NCBI GenBank assembly: GCA_951406725.2
Contig: OX597828.1
Coordinates: forward strand, 55,428,001-55,492,000
DNA from: Octopus vulgaris
Taxonomy: Eukaryota
Length of the DNA: 64,000 bases
Reading direction: 5' to 3'
Made by a program: the position numbers and the translations under genes. The notes beneath the pieces are model-generated. The model was not told the origin of the DNA. It saw only the letters and a list, made by a program, of their open reading frames with translations, and ran no database searches. How positions within the stretch are numbered: the stretch's first letter is position 1; each line of letters opens with the position of its first letter. Positions 30,201 to 44,209 of this stretch are shown here, in pieces.

Positions 30201-30745
30201 TATTAGGTTGTTCGGAAAATAATGGCCGATTTAAAAATAAGTCTATAGTCTTGAAAAACTAAACTTATACAAAGGTTTAATTATTCAAAAGGTTTAATTA
30301 TTTAGAATATAATCCCTGAACAACTATACATTCCTCCCATTGATTAACAAGGTCATTTATGCTTCTTCGATAAAAATTGAAAGGTTTTGATGCCAAAAAA
30401 TCCTTGAAATCAGTTTCGACGTCTGTTTTGGAACGGAAGGTTTTTTGCTTTCAAAATGTGTCTAGAGTCTAGACGCTTCAAAACATAGCAGTCGGTGATT
30501 GAAAAGTCTGGAGAATATGGAGGATGTGGCAAAATCTCGTATCCCAAGTTGGTGAGCTTTTGTAGTGTCATCTTGGAAACGTGAGATCGAGCAGTGTTGC
30601 GGAGCAGAATCGGACCACGCCGATTAATATGTGCAGATCTCATTTTGATGAAGTGAGCATGCATTTCTTGCAGTTGCCTAAAGTAAATTTCCGATGTAAT
30701 GCTCTGATTATTTTCCAGAAAGCTGTATTCTTTTCAAATGTTGAT
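30201..30745 (-). mobile_element. Decayed mariner (Mos1/Hsmar-type) transposon: C-terminal catalytic region and one TIR
   Basis: GPILLRNTARSHV...LGYEILPHPPYSPDFSITD corresponds to the mariner HDNARPH and YSPDL motifs. TA-TTAGGTTGTTCGGAAAATAATGGCCG at 30201 resembles a mariner TIR. Confidence 0.88.
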
Positions 30746-31011
30746 TATCAAAGGTGGATGGACTTCCTCTACCCTCGTGTTCTTCAAGGCTCTCCTCCGC
30801 TACAAAAATAACACTTTCAATGGAATTTGAAAGAATATTTACGAAAAATCGGTCAGTATTCCCCGAATATCTTAATAGTATTATCAGTAAGATTAATAAT
30901 ACTGTGATTATACCCGCGACTAAACTGACAACATAACAACCTGTTATGTTTGAGACTTAATGTTCCTCATTCTAACTGATATCAAATTCACACACTCATA
31001 TATAAAAATAT

Positions 31012-31308
31012 GTGGAGCCGCAATGGCCCAGTGGTTAGGGTAGCGGACTCGCGGTTTCGATTCCCAGCCCGAGCGTTGTGAGTGTTTATTGAGCGAAACA
31101 CCTAAAAGCTCCACGAGGCACCGGCAAGGGGTGGTGGCGATCCCTGCTGTACTCTTTCGCCATAACTTTCTCTCACTCTTTCTTCTGTTGGCCTGCTCGC
31201 TTAGCCAGCGGGGTGGCATCATTTGAAGGCTAAAACAATGCGAAGCGCATTGTGACCAGCGATATGTAGCAACATCTGATAGCCTGGTCGGTCACGGTGA
31301 TCACGGTG
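31012..31308 (+). mobile_element. tRNA-derived SINE (family C)
   Basis: A box TGGCCCAGTGG, B box GGTTTCGATTCCC, and terminal repeat TCACGGTG(A) twice. The middle is shared with 62163-62255. Confidence 0.8.
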
Positions 31309-31629
31309 GTATACAAATATATTTATATCGATGTGTCAACATCACAATCAAGGAACGGCCATAATAGGCCATTCACCCACTAGAAATAACAGCCAAAAGC
31401 TTTAACCGCAAAGTAACATTAATACCGTAAACCAGGAGAAAATTGAAAAACTTTTACAAAGAATTCTACAAAATTTTTTTTGCCACCCTATATTGATTAT
31501 TTATATCGATGTGTGATATTATTTGCTTAAAGCATTGTAAAACCTGTAAAATATCAATGTGTTAATGAGCGTAATTACAATGTAGAAAGTACATTAAATG
31601 CTAAAATTATGCAATAAAATATAATTTCC

Positions 31630-32400
31630 TTACTATTTGATTAGCCTTGATATTTCGGGTTCAACACCTCTTTCACAATCGCTTTAAAGAACTAGATATA
31701 GATACAAATTACGATTTCTTTTGTTGGCCGTGTATACAAACCACCAGGTGTGTATTAGTGTAAAATTTGGGGTTTTGGTGTCAGGGTAGTATGACATGTG
31801 TAGGAGGAGGAATCGGGTCAAGCCTTTCCCTGCATAGTGACGATAAGGAATAGTTATTTCGTTTAAGATATCCATTGGCGCTCATCTGACATTAGCCAGT
31901 TGAAAATTGCTAGAATCTGTTTTTATGTTTTTCCAAACGGCTTTCATTTTTATGTTACTGCATTACGGTCTATGACTTTTATGGTAATTATGGATGCCAT
32001 TGTATAGACCCCTGCCTTTTTCAAGGCATGTTTTGAAAGAAGAGGCACGTATTTGGAGATGTTCTTTGAGCTGGAAATGAATACTGTCGTATCGTGTTGC
32101 GGACGTAAAATTTGTTGCATTTGGTGCAGTGATCTGATATCGGATATAAATGAGCAATTAAATGTGTGCGTTTCTGGAGAGGCAGTTGGTTACTTTTCGT
32201 AGGTTTCTGTCGTCTGTGACCCGTTTTGTTGATAAAGATATCCATAGGAGTTTTCTCGATTTGACAAGTGAGCAAGTGAGTTAGAGACTCTACCTGGTTG
32301 AATTGCTACAAGTATTTGGCGAATCTTGAAGTGTGAGAAACGTTGAACATTCGATGAGGCTATACTAAATATACACAGACCGAGAGAAGGAGTGAATAAT
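31630..32400 (-). mobile_element. Decayed Penelope-like element: GIY-YIG endonuclease remnant plus 3' pseudo-LTR
   Basis: Joining frameshifted pieces gives YQI(T)CTKCNKFYVRNTIR..IHFQLKEHL, matching the Penelope GIY-YIG pattern YxIxCxxC..YIGxTxR....R..EH. A hammerhead-like TGAAAGA-GGT..ACC-CGAAA lies downstream near 31650-31680. Confidence 0.7.
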
Positions 32401-32410
32401 TTTAATAATA

Positions 32411-32790
32411 AGGTGGTGAGCTGGCTCAACCGTTAGCACGCCTGGTGAACAGCTTAGCAGTATTTGGTCTGTCTTTACGTTTTCAGTTCAAATTCCGCCG
32501 GGGCTCACTTTACCTTTCATCCTTTCAAGGTCAAAAAAATAAGTACCAGTTGAGCACTGGTAAATTGCTGACCTTTGCCAAAGTTTTAAATCAGTAAGGT
32601 ATCTGCTTAGACTAGGATTAAGAGCAAACGGATCCTTTTTAGTCGAAGAAATCGATCCCAGGACCTAAGCCTTGTAAGCCTACTACTTATTCTATCAGTC
32701 CCTTTGGTCGATCCGTTAAGTTACTAGGATGTAAACAGACCAACATTAGTTGTCAAGCAATGGTGGGGGACGAACAGTCAAAAAGACACA
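32411..32790. mobile_element. SINE-A (+, 32411-32600) followed by a SINE-B fragment (-, 32636-32790)
   Basis: GGTGGTGAGCTGG...CCTTTCATCCTTTCAAGGTC, then TAGTCGAAGAAATCGATCCCAGGAC...GTTGTCAAGC. Confidence 0.75.
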
Positions 32791-32792
32791 TA

Positions 32793-32836
<44 letters not shown>

Positions 32837-32899
32837 TATACTGACATTTCTGTTTAGGCATACCAATTAATATATATAATATATATGTATATACATGTA

Positions 32900-32966
<67 letters not shown>

Positions 32967-32991
32967 TATACATATATATATACATATACAT

Positions 32992-33028
<37 letters not shown>

Positions 33029-33032
<4 letters not shown>

Positions 33033-33177
33033 TATATCGACCGGTTTCACTTTCGCTATTCATGATATTATGTTTTATTTATTTGAATATATATTTTTTC
33101 TTAAGAAGAAAATATATATTCAGATAAATAAAACATAATATCATGAATAGCGATAGCGAAACCGGTCGATATATTAA
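33029..33177. repeat. Nearly loop-less ~149-bp palindrome, probably an inverted Penelope-like pseudo-LTR
   Basis: The arms pair around CTT|AAG (33102/33103) with about four differences. It abuts (TA)n and contains GCGATAGC-GAAA-CCGG-TC. Confidence 0.88.
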
Positions 33178-33310
33178 AAATTATATTAAAACTATGTAAG
33201 TTTGCGTATTTTCCTTTTTTAATTTCTTATATACATTACAACTCACCACGTGGGGATAATCGAAATTCCTCTTTTCTGTTACTACTACAATATATATATA
33301 TATATATAAA

Positions 33311-33690
33311 GGCGCAGAAGTGGCTGTGTGGTAAGTAGCTTGCTTACCAACCACATGGTTCCAGGTTCGGTCCCACTGCGTGGCACCTTGGGTAAGTGTC
33401 TTTTCCTGTAGCCTCGGGCCCACCAAAGCCTTGTGAGTGGATTTGGTAGACAGAAACTGAAAGAAGCCCGTATATATGTATATATATGTGTGTGCGTTTG
33501 TGTGTTTGTCCCCCCACCCACCCAACATCACTTGACAACCGATGCTGGTGTGTTTACGTCTCTGTAACATAGCGGTTCGGCAAAATAGAGCGATACAAAG
33601 AATAAGTCCTGTGGTCGATTTGCTCGACTAAAAGCGGTGCTCCAGCATGGCCGCAGTCAAATGACTGAAACGAGTAAAAGAATAAAAGAG
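33311..33690 (+). mobile_element. Near full-length SINE family B
   Basis: Head GGCGCAGAAGTGGCTGTGTGGTAAG (A-box-like), GGTTCGGTCCC (B-box-like), CORE-like CACCTTGGGTAAGTGTC, tail AAAAGAATAAAAGAG. Confidence 0.92.
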
Positions 33691-34136
33691 TATATATATA
33701 TATATACATACATTATATATATATACAGACATAAAATTACACAAATATATACTTATATATATAGATGTATATGTAAATACATTTATACATACGCACATAG
33801 GTACAATTTTATATACACATACTTTATGCACGCACATAGAAACAACTTAAAATCAGATGAATTGCTCTGTATTTGCGTAGGTGGTGTACTACCTTGTTAA
33901 TATATTTTCAAAACTATGCACCCATAAATATGTATGTGTACATACACAATTTCGCTGTATATATATATATATATACGTATACACGCACAAGTATACATAT
34001 CTATTGTATGTGTGTATTTTTAAGTGTCTCTACGTATTTTCATGCGTATTTATAACGATGTATATCTTTTGAAGTGATTATATATTCATGCATACAATGA
34101 ACATATATGAACATACTCGCCGCGCATACACACAAG

Positions 34137-34189
<53 letters not shown>

Positions 34190-34288
34190 GAACACACACA
34201 TACACAAGTACACATACAAAGATGCACGCGTGCGAGTTCACACACACACATCTACTTTCATGTACTACACGCTTTCCTATATGAATAC

Positions 34289-34341
<53 letters not shown>

Positions 34342-34547
34342 AGTAACGTATACACGCTTGTTCGTATGTATTTCTGCATACAGTAATATGTGTACGAGTT
34401 CATCCATGTTGCTTATATATGTGTATTTATGTATGCGTGTGTGTTTGTGTGTGCGCATATGCATGGGTGCTGCTTCTGCGTGTCTCTGCGTATGTGTCTG
34501 TGTGGATGTATAGATGACTCTGTGTGTGCTTGTGTGCTTGTGTGTTT

Positions 34548-34586
<39 letters not shown>

Positions 34587-34719
34587 TGTGTGTGTGTTTG
34601 TGTGTTCGTTTGTGCTTGCGTATGTCTATATTATTTATGTTGATATATATCATGCAGCTATGTCACTCCTCCTTAATCAATAATGGAACAGCGTTCAAGT
34701 AGGATATTCCTATATGGCT

Positions 34720-34762
<43 letters not shown>

Positions 34763-35029
34763 GGTGGTGGTGGTGGTGGTGGTGGCGGCCGTGCGAGAGA
34801 GAAATGGTTGGCCTGTTGGTAGTGTTAGTATATTACTTGCTGGAAATGTTAGTTGTTTGTTGATGTATGCGAATTGATAGCGGTTGTAGGGTGGTGTTTC
34901 CTATACCGTGTAGAGGCAGTAGCAGTAGTAGTAGTAGTATTAGCTCTGTGGTAGTAGCGGTGGCAGCACAAGTACTGGTGGCTTATAAGAAAGTAGTAGT
35001 GGCGGTTGTGATGTTGTAGGAGTAATTGT

Positions 35030-35960
35030 AAACCATGTGAAAGTGGAGGATGTAGTTGGAGCGAGTTTATGTGAAGGTAGAAGTGGCAGTTGGAGTGATA
35101 GTTTTATGTGAAGGTAGCGATAGTAGTTGGAGTGGTAGTTTACGTAAAGGTTATGGTGGCGGCTGGAGTGATAGTTTATGTGAAGGTAGAAGTGGCAGTT
35201 GGAGTGGTTGCTTCTATGAAAGTAAAGGTCGCAGTTGGAGTAGTACTTTAAGCGAATGTTATGGTGGTAGTTGGAGTGGAAGTGTATGTGAAAGCAGAGG
35301 TGGTAGTTGGAGTGGTAGTTTATGTGAAAGCAGAGGTAGTAGTTGGAGTGGTAGTTTAGGTGAAAGCAGAGGTAGAAGTTGAGGTGATAGTTAAATGAAG
35401 TTGGAGGTAGTAGTTGAAGAGTAGCTGATACGAAAATACAGATGTTAGTTGGAGTTGTAGCTTATGTGAAAGTAGAAGTGGTAGTTGGAGTGGTAGGTCA
35501 TATGAATGTAGAAATTGTAGTTAGGGTGGTAGCTATTTTACAGGAAAGAAGACGTGGTAGTTGGAGGGGCAAATTATGTAAAGTTAGATGTGGTAGTTTA
35601 TGTGAAGGCTTTGGTGGTAGTTGGAGTGGTAGTTTGTGTGAAAGTTATAGTGGTAGTTAGTGGCAACTTATGTGACGGTAGATGTGGTGGTAGTCGGAGT
35701 GGTAGTTTATGTAAAGGTTATGATGGTAGTCGGAGTGGTAGCTTATGTGAAGGTTATAGAGGTAGTTGGAGTGGCAGCTTATGTGACGGTTATGGTGGTA
35801 GTTGGAGTGGTAGCTTATGTGAAGGTAGCTGTCGTAGTTGGAGTGATAGCTTACGTGAAGATTTTGGTGGTAGTTAGAGTGGTAGTATATGTGAAGGTGG
35901 ATGTAGCAGTATGTGTGGTAGTTTATGTGAAGGTGCTGGTAGCAGTTGCAATTTATTTGG
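35030..35960. repeat. Degenerate 36-bp minisatellite (unit approx. AGTTGGAGTGGTAGTTTATGTGAAGGTAGAGGTGGT)
   Basis: TATGTGAA(G/A)G and GTTGGAGTGGTAG recur with a 36-nt period, which translates as 12-aa repeats. Confidence 0.9.
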
Positions 35961-36881
35961 AAGTAGAAGAGTTAGTTTATGTGATAGTGGTATTGGTAGG
36001 CAAAATTAGTACCGGTTGTAGTGAGAGTGGTGATTTCTATAATGATGGTAGTGTAGTTTATAGTGAGGGTGGCAGTAAGTTCTATAATGGTAGTGGTGAG
36101 AGTTGTCGCAGCAATGGTGCGTACAATTGTGGTGGTAGCTGTAGTAGTCGTAATAGAGATGGTGTTGGTGGTGGTTTTGGTGGTGGTGGTGATGGTGGTG
36201 GAGATGTCACTAGTTGTTTCTATAATGACCGTGATACTTTCCGAAGTTGCAATTTCTTTTGAGGTCGCTCGTGGGACCGATAGTTTCTATCACGATAATA
36301 GCAGCAGTAGCAGCAGCAGTAGTAGCAGCAGCAGTAGTAGGAGTAGTAGTAGCAGCAGCAGTAGTAGGAGTAATATTAGTATTAGTGTAGTTGTAGAGAG
36401 GAGCCAGTTAAACGATGGTGCTTGCGTAGCTAACGTGTGATTAAGCAAAATAGGAGATAAAGGCGCTGAGTAACCAAATGTTAAGAAGTTCGCTTCCCAG
36501 TCATAACAATACGGGTTCAATCCCACTTCGAGCTTTGTTACCTGAATGGCTTTTTTCAAAACCTAATGACTCACGCCAAACTTGTGAGAATAGACAGAAA
36601 CTGCGTCAGCTTTGTCACACATTGTATCACTCAGTATGGTTCTACATGAAGAATTCCTAAGGATATAGGTGACTGCGGAATATTCAACCACATTTTTTGG
36701 GACTGTGGTATTCACAGGACCTCCTAGACAAGTGGAACTGATGTCATTAATTCTGATTTTAAACTGTTGCAAGTCAACGACGGCAGGGGTTACATGAGCC
36801 GTGAGATTTTTCTTGCAGATCAACGTTCGAAGAACCTGCGGAGAGAAAGTGCGATATTAACTAGCTCCAATGAGCAGTTTC

Positions 36882-37110
36882 TTATTTCTTTACTACCCAC
36901 AAGGGGCTAAACATAGAAGGGTCAAACAAGGACAGACAAAGGATTAAGTCGATTTCATCAACCCCAGTGCGTAACTGGTACTTAATTTATCGACCCGAAA
37001 ATATCAAAGGCAAAGTCGACCTCGGCGAAATTTGAACTCAGAACGTAACGGCAGACGAAATACGGCTTTGCATTTCGCCCGGCGTGCTAATGTTTCTGCC
37101 AGCTCGCCGT
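36882..37110 (-). mobile_element. Full-length SINE-A with type-1 tail and TSD
   Basis: Complete head, core and tail. Flanked by TCCAATGAGCAGTTTCT / TCCAATGAGAAGTTTCT. Confidence 0.92.
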
Positions 37111-38229
37111 CTTGTCCAATGAGAAGTTTCTATTGTAACAGTGATAAAGAGACAGTAAACAACAAGTTTATGGGCCAGAGTTTGAAGAATATATTTGAGT
37201 CGAGCGGACTTTTACTAGATGCAGTTTAGGGCAGTAGCAGCACTAACATAGATATAAGAGCAGGAGTTCATTGGGGATCTCGCTCGAAGTTTTTGAAGTG
37301 TAGGTACATGCTGTTGTTGTTGCTGGTGGCGATGGTGTTGGTATTTTCTATCCTTTTTCCTAGCTGCCTCTCTTGGTATTGGTGATGTAACTGCTTCTCT
37401 TTGCATGCATCCAGCATCACTTCTACTACCACAGCTATCATGCCTGTGCCCCTTTCCTTCAAGAGATGGCTTGAAGTTGGGATGATAATCATCATCTTAT
37501 CTAGCTTACTACAAAACCTCTCGAAAAACCAGTAGAACATGGCGGGCGCGGATGAATCAAAATATTTTAATATGCAATATGTTGTAATATGAAGTAAAGC
37601 CAACACTGGTATGTTTATTTCAAACACGTAGTGTCTCCTAGTAGCCAAGTAATGTAAGGGAAATAATCATTTCTGCAGTTCATTTGGCCAGATTAGAAGT
37701 TTGAATTTGAAATCGAGGAACGAAGAAGCTTAAAATACAAATTTCTTTTTGGTTACTTATTAACAAAATCGTAAAATTTCTAGTCTTCATATATATCACT
37801 ATTTCACTCTTGTTAGAAACTGTCTGTATGACATGACCTGAGGTAAACATATTAAAGCAAATTAAGCGTTTAACGAAGCGAGATATTTCTTATAGATTGA
37901 AAATATTTACAGCCTGAAAAACATTCATGGAATATGTGGTTTTCTTTCCTTTCTTCTTTTAATTCATAGATCGTTATTCTTTCATAACAACGAAACGGAA
38001 CGATTGGAAAGATATATATTCAGTTCTTTTTTAAGACTGTAGAATGTAATTGTTTGTGGGCGATTTGGCTGCTATTTCTAACAGGTCAACCACGTAAAGG
38101 AATACTTGCTGGATTTCTCCGACTGCTAGGTCTAAACAGGAATGAACGTGCGAATACTGAAATGACGCGCGAAAGTTGATGTACTGTGGATTCATCGTTT
38201 CATGAGTCTCTCACAAATTACTGCAGTTG

Positions 38230-38621
38230 GATTTCCATCGATGTCAGCTGAGTTTCGTTGGTTCCTGAGGATAAAGACTGCCTAATGGTGTAGGTAGAAG
38301 GTGCGATGTGCATGAGGAATATTTGGAGGATCTTGGGAATAGGAAGTTTGCTAGCGGTCCCCAGCCGCAAGTATATCCCTGTTGGGAGAACGTCTTGTTT
38401 GCCGTAGATTTTCACAGATGCAGGGACAGGACGGGTTGAAGCCGCCGGTTGCCGGATCAGACGCTTCTGTTAGCCGGGTGCGGCCCTGATACTGCTGGGT
38501 GTCAGAACAATCCGCCTTGGGTGGCCCTACCAGAAACCGAAGTTTGTGAGAGATGCAGCATTGAGGATGAATGAAACCAGCTCAACCCACCCCGGGTGAA
38601 TGCTGTCAAGTCAAGTCAAGT
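38230..38621 (+). mobile_element. Probable RTE-clade LINE 3' end
   Basis: GC-richer island with decayed ...RDRTG(W>stop)... and a terminal RDAALRMNETSSTHPG*, ending in a (TCAAG)3 tail. This resembles RTE ORF C-termini and short-repeat tails. Confidence 0.55.
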
Positions 38622-39467
38622 AATGGTGTAGGTAATAATAGTATTGATAGAAAAAAGGTGATTGGAATGATTGAAGTGATGGAGGTAGTAGAGAAAGAGA
38701 GATACGCGTTGTGAAGTTGGAGAAATACAAAACCATTGTAATGGTAGAAGTACTAGTAGTGGTAATATAAAGACAGATGCATTTGTAGTATAAAGTGGTT
38801 GTTGTAGTATTAGCAGTGACGTTTGTACTTCATGTCTCAGAAGACGACCAGATTAGCAGCTTTATTGTTTCTGCTCCTTGAGGTGGGTTATTAGAGAAAT
38901 ATTGACATGAAATCCACGGTTACATTGAGGGGGGGCACGTAGTAACAGGATCATGACCCAGCGGGTCCATTGCTTTCCAAGAAGCTCTCCACTCATTAGT
39001 TTCTATAACCATTTCTGATTCTGAGTGCTGTATCCCAGAATAAACGATAGCATCTCATAGTCAGTGATGTTGATATTCCGAAGTTACCCTTTTTTTGAAG
39101 GTTTTTTGAGAGTGTCTTTGTATGTCCTCATTTGTCCACACCGTGATCGGAAACCAACTCACTGTATTAGCAGTAATAGCGTAGAGACGGAAGCAGACGT
39201 TGTGATGGTGGTACTGGTGATTCCAGTGATGGTGGTTGTAGAAGTGATTGTTGGCTGTTGTGGTATTGGTTGTTGCAGTGAGTGGTATAGCAGAGGAGTA
39301 GCTGGTTGTTGTAAAGGTAAAAAGTAGGAGATAATGTTTGTATGGTGGTGACAGTAACAGTGTGGCTGTAGGAAGATATTGAGGGAGAGAGAGAGAGAGA
39401 GGTAGTGGAAAGTAGAAATAGAAATGATAGCAGTGATGGTCGTAATAATGATAATGCTGGTGGTGGC

Positions 39468-39522
<55 letters not shown>

Positions 39523-39930
39523 TGATTGATGGTGATGGCTGTTGTGGTTTAAAGAGATAGGTCTTGTGATCGAGTGGTGATTGATGGTAGGGTGTGTCAG
39601 ATGTGATAACAAGTGACAACGATTTGAAAGCCGCCAACATCCGCTACATCAGCATTACTAGCAATGCAATCAATACCACCCACCTCCTCATCGGCACCAA
39701 CACCGCCACAACCGGCAGCAGCAGCGACATTTTTTATGATGATGATGATGATGATCATCATCGTCAACACCATCGTCGTCGCCGAAGTTGGCATCATCAT
39801 CATCATCTGCAGCAGTAGTAGAATCATTGTCATCGTTGTCGTAGTCGTCATCATCTTCTTTTCTCCCTCTCATCAACATGATTATCCGAAACTTCTTCTT
39901 TTCTTCCTCATCCTCACCATCATAGTCGTC

Positions 39931-39968
<38 letters not shown>

Positions 39969-41356
39969 CGTCATCATCATCATCATCGTCGTCGTCATCA
40001 TCATCATCCTCATCGTCGTCGTCATCATTGTCATCATCATCATCATCGTCGTCGTCGTAGTAGTAGTAGTAGTAGTCATCATCATCGTCATCGTTTTCAT
40101 CATTGTATTCATTCTCGGTAACATTCGCAGTAATGAATAGAGCAAAGATAACGACAGCGACAGATTTCAGAGCAGGAAACAGCTACAAGAACAACAACAT
40201 CACCAGCAACAGACAAAGAAGCGGCACCAATGACAACAATAGCTGACAACAGATACAAACAACAATAAAAAACATACTAATGATAACAACAACAACAACA
40301 ACAACAACAACACCACCATAAACAGCAATATGTGGCGATATCGGCTACGACAAAGAAGAAACTAATAACAAACAGTGACAATAACAACACAAATAAGAAC
40401 ATCATTCTCAGCCTCATTGTGGCTATTGTCATCATTATCATCATTATCATCATCATCGTCGTCGTCGTCATCCTCATCATTATCGCCGTCATAATCTTTA
40501 TTGATAACAAGAACACAAATAATAAAAGTCTACAATAATATTGATGACAGCCTTGATAATAATACTATCGATGATAACAATAAGGAAGAAAAACTTGATT
40601 GATACTAGTTTCTATTTGGTTGCTTGATTTAATAGAAGTAACAGTCAAGTGTCCTTTAAATTACATGCAAGTGTCTTCAAAATGAGAACACTCGGAGATG
40701 CAGTTTTAAATACATAAAATTTATGGAGGATTGTGGTTGAGACATCTATGACCTAAGTGATTAACTGTAACAACAAGAATGACAACAACAGGATAACTAC
40801 AACAGCAGCGGAGACGGTAACAACAACAACTACTACAGCAACGATGAAAACAACAGTGACCGCAGCAACAATAAAAACATGTGTTGGGGAAACTAGCATA
40901 AAGAACAATGGTGAAATCAATGAAAATGAAAATAATAAGAAAACAGTTAAAGGAACAACGAATACGTTATCAACAATAAGTGCCATAACAACAATATTAA
41001 CAACAGCAATAACAGGAATAAAAACGATAGCAACATTAGAATAACAACAGTAACTATAAAAAAACAGTAGCGATAGCAACAATCGTAACGATAGTAGTAG
41101 GAATCGAAGCAATAATCACAACAGTAGCAACAATGACAAATACATCATCAACAACAACAATGAAAGCGATAAAAGCAAAAAAAGAAAAAAAAGGAAACGA
41201 AAAACAATGGTTCCGATGACATGGGTTCCAATTGATCTGATTAACGGAACAGCTTGCTCGTGAAAATAACTGTTTCTTTGCACTCCACAGACAAGCGTAG
41301 TCAACGTGGCACCGTATGAGACAAAAGGTGACCTTTTGAAAAACAGGTACTAATCA

Positions 41357-41841
<485 letters not shown>

Positions 41842-42729
41842 AATATATATGTTTGTGTGTGTTTGTGTGTGTGTGTAACGGGTTTCTTCACTGAAGGCCA
41901 TGCGGTAAATCCGTACCCATGGAGTTGTGAAGCAAACTTCTCACCACACAGCTACACTTGTGTTTACTGTTTACTGACTCTTAGCTTTGTGAGTTCAAAT
42001 CCCGGAGGACTCGATTTTCATCCATCTAGAATCAATTACATAACTACCAGTTTAATACTAGCGCTTAGATATATGACTGTTCCAACTTACGAACACTTCT
42101 GGCCCGTGATTAAGGTATCATTACAGTTATAAAGGGTGGTGAGCCGGAAGAGTCGGTAACACACCGGACGCAAATGCTAGTGCCACTTAGTCCCTTTTTG
42201 CGTCCTGAGTTGAAATTCCGTCGAAGTCCACTTTGATTTTCATCCTACCGTGGTCGATGAAATAAGTGCCTCTTGAATGCATGGGTCAATGAAATTGACT
42301 TGCCCTATCTCTCAAAATTTCAGGTCTTGCGTCTATATTAAAAAAGAATTATTGCAATAATATTCAGTCATATAAAAGATCTCTATAAATTCAAACAGAA
42401 TTATCATAAATAAAGTGTCCATGTTGATTGTTAGAAAACGAGATGTGCTGGAGGTAAAAGTGATGATGATTAATATGGCGATGGCGGCAAATGTGTAATA
42501 AGGGTAATGATGATGTTCATAGCGATGATGATGGTGATGATGATGCCAATGATAATGATGATGATGATGATGATGATAATGATGAAGCTATATAGTCTCA
42601 TGATGATAATGTTAATTATGATGAGGTTATAAAGTCTGATGATGATGATGTCGTATCAGTTGCTGATGATGAAGAGAAAGAGGAGAAGGAGGAAAATTGG
42701 AGGCGGGAAAGCTGTAAGAGGAAGAGGAT

Positions 42730-42830
42730 GGACATGATGATGATGTTGATGATGATGTTGATGATGATGTTGATGATGATGTTGATGATGATGTTGATGA
42801 TGATGTTGATGATGATGTTGATGATGATGT

Positions 42831-42860
<30 letters not shown>
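42730..42860. repeat. 12-bp higher-order repeat (GATGATGATGTT)n inside (GAT)n
   Basis: Direct reading. Confidence 0.92.
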
Positions 42861-42861
<1 letters not shown>

Positions 42862-44098
42862 GAAGTTGAGGAGTGTCATAATAGAGCTGAAGGATAATGC
42901 TGTTCATCAGCGGATATTAATCCTTTCGACCATAGGCACAAGGCCTGAAATTCGTGGGGAGGGGACCCCAGTGTTTCACTGGTACTTAATTTCAGCATTG
43001 CAATATCATCATCATCATCATCACGACGATGAAGAGGTAACTCCCTCATAATCCTAATCCTGATGATGATGATGATCATCATCATCACAATCATGGTCAT
43101 CATCGTTAAAATCTAGTCTTGATCGTCAATGATTATCAACCATCAACATCATAGTCACCATCATAACAACCATATGCATCACAATCATATTATACATCAC
43201 TACTCTCATTATCATATCCACCACCACCACCACCACCACCACCACTAAGAAGAAGAACAACAACAACAGCAATAACAACAGCGACAACAAAAGCAACAAC
43301 AACTTCAACGACATCCTGGATAACAGACTGTATTGATATCTTCCCTGTGAAGGAAATCCATTTCAATGTATTTTATTGAATTACAACGCCTGCAGTTTCA
43401 TATGTTCTGTCAAAACACACATAATATACACGCACATCCAACCATATCCGTACATACAACCATTCATATATACATACATACATTCTGCCAAAGGTAATCG
43501 TATATACACATGCGCTAATGTACAAGCATGCCGCTCTTTTCATACAGAGACACATATACACACACACGCGCACGCACACATCCGCCCACCCACGATAAAG
43601 GTAATACAATTACATCGCTACGTGAACACATACTCGGAGGTTTCGTGTTCTGGAAACTAAATATTTACAATGATTATACAAATACGTGAAGTTGAAATGA
43701 AAACAAAAGAGGAAATAAAAAACGTACTTCTAAGTATACATGTATTTGTCTATCTACTGATCGCTCTGTCTCATTATCTGTCTGTCTCTCCGTCTCGCTC
43801 TCTCTCCCTTTATATATATATATATATAAATAAATATGCCCCTCCATGGGAACATAGATTTCTTTCTAATCGCATTTGTGGCATCCTGTCCTTGTTTCGT
43901 ATACATTCGATCCTCTTTCCAAGAAATCTAATGCCCGTAGCTTAGTTTTTTCTTTGACGCTGGCCGTATCGGAGCGATATCAGGATTAATCAGCCGAAAT
44001 TGCTAAGATGATCCGGTTCCCGACTGAAGATGTTTTTTGTGTCGTCTATTTGTGTGTTTTTGCGTTCTTGTCCCATTTTGTAATTTATATTTAATTTC

Positions 44099-44134
<36 letters not shown>

Positions 44135-44209
44135 CATACATACACACATATGTGTGAATATATATAAATATACACCCCTCTCTCTCACATACACGCACTC
44201 ATCCATATA

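Noticed and set aside
31012-31075. tRNA gene (also the heads at 33311 and 53111)
   Set aside because: A and B boxes are present but there is no cloverleaf, and each continues into a SINE body.
36590-36840. Weak resemblance to a Tc1/mariner-superfamily C-terminus (DLQQFKIRI)
   Set aside because: No catalytic motif or TIR; too degenerate to call.
37268-37648. 126-aa non-repetitive-looking minus-strand ORF
   Set aside because: No recognisable domain or clear splice sites, and it partly overlaps low-complexity sequence.
43955-44100. Possible additional pseudo-LTR hammerhead (GCCGAAATTGCTAAGAT)
   Set aside because: No credible CUGANGA-like core or stem II could be placed.
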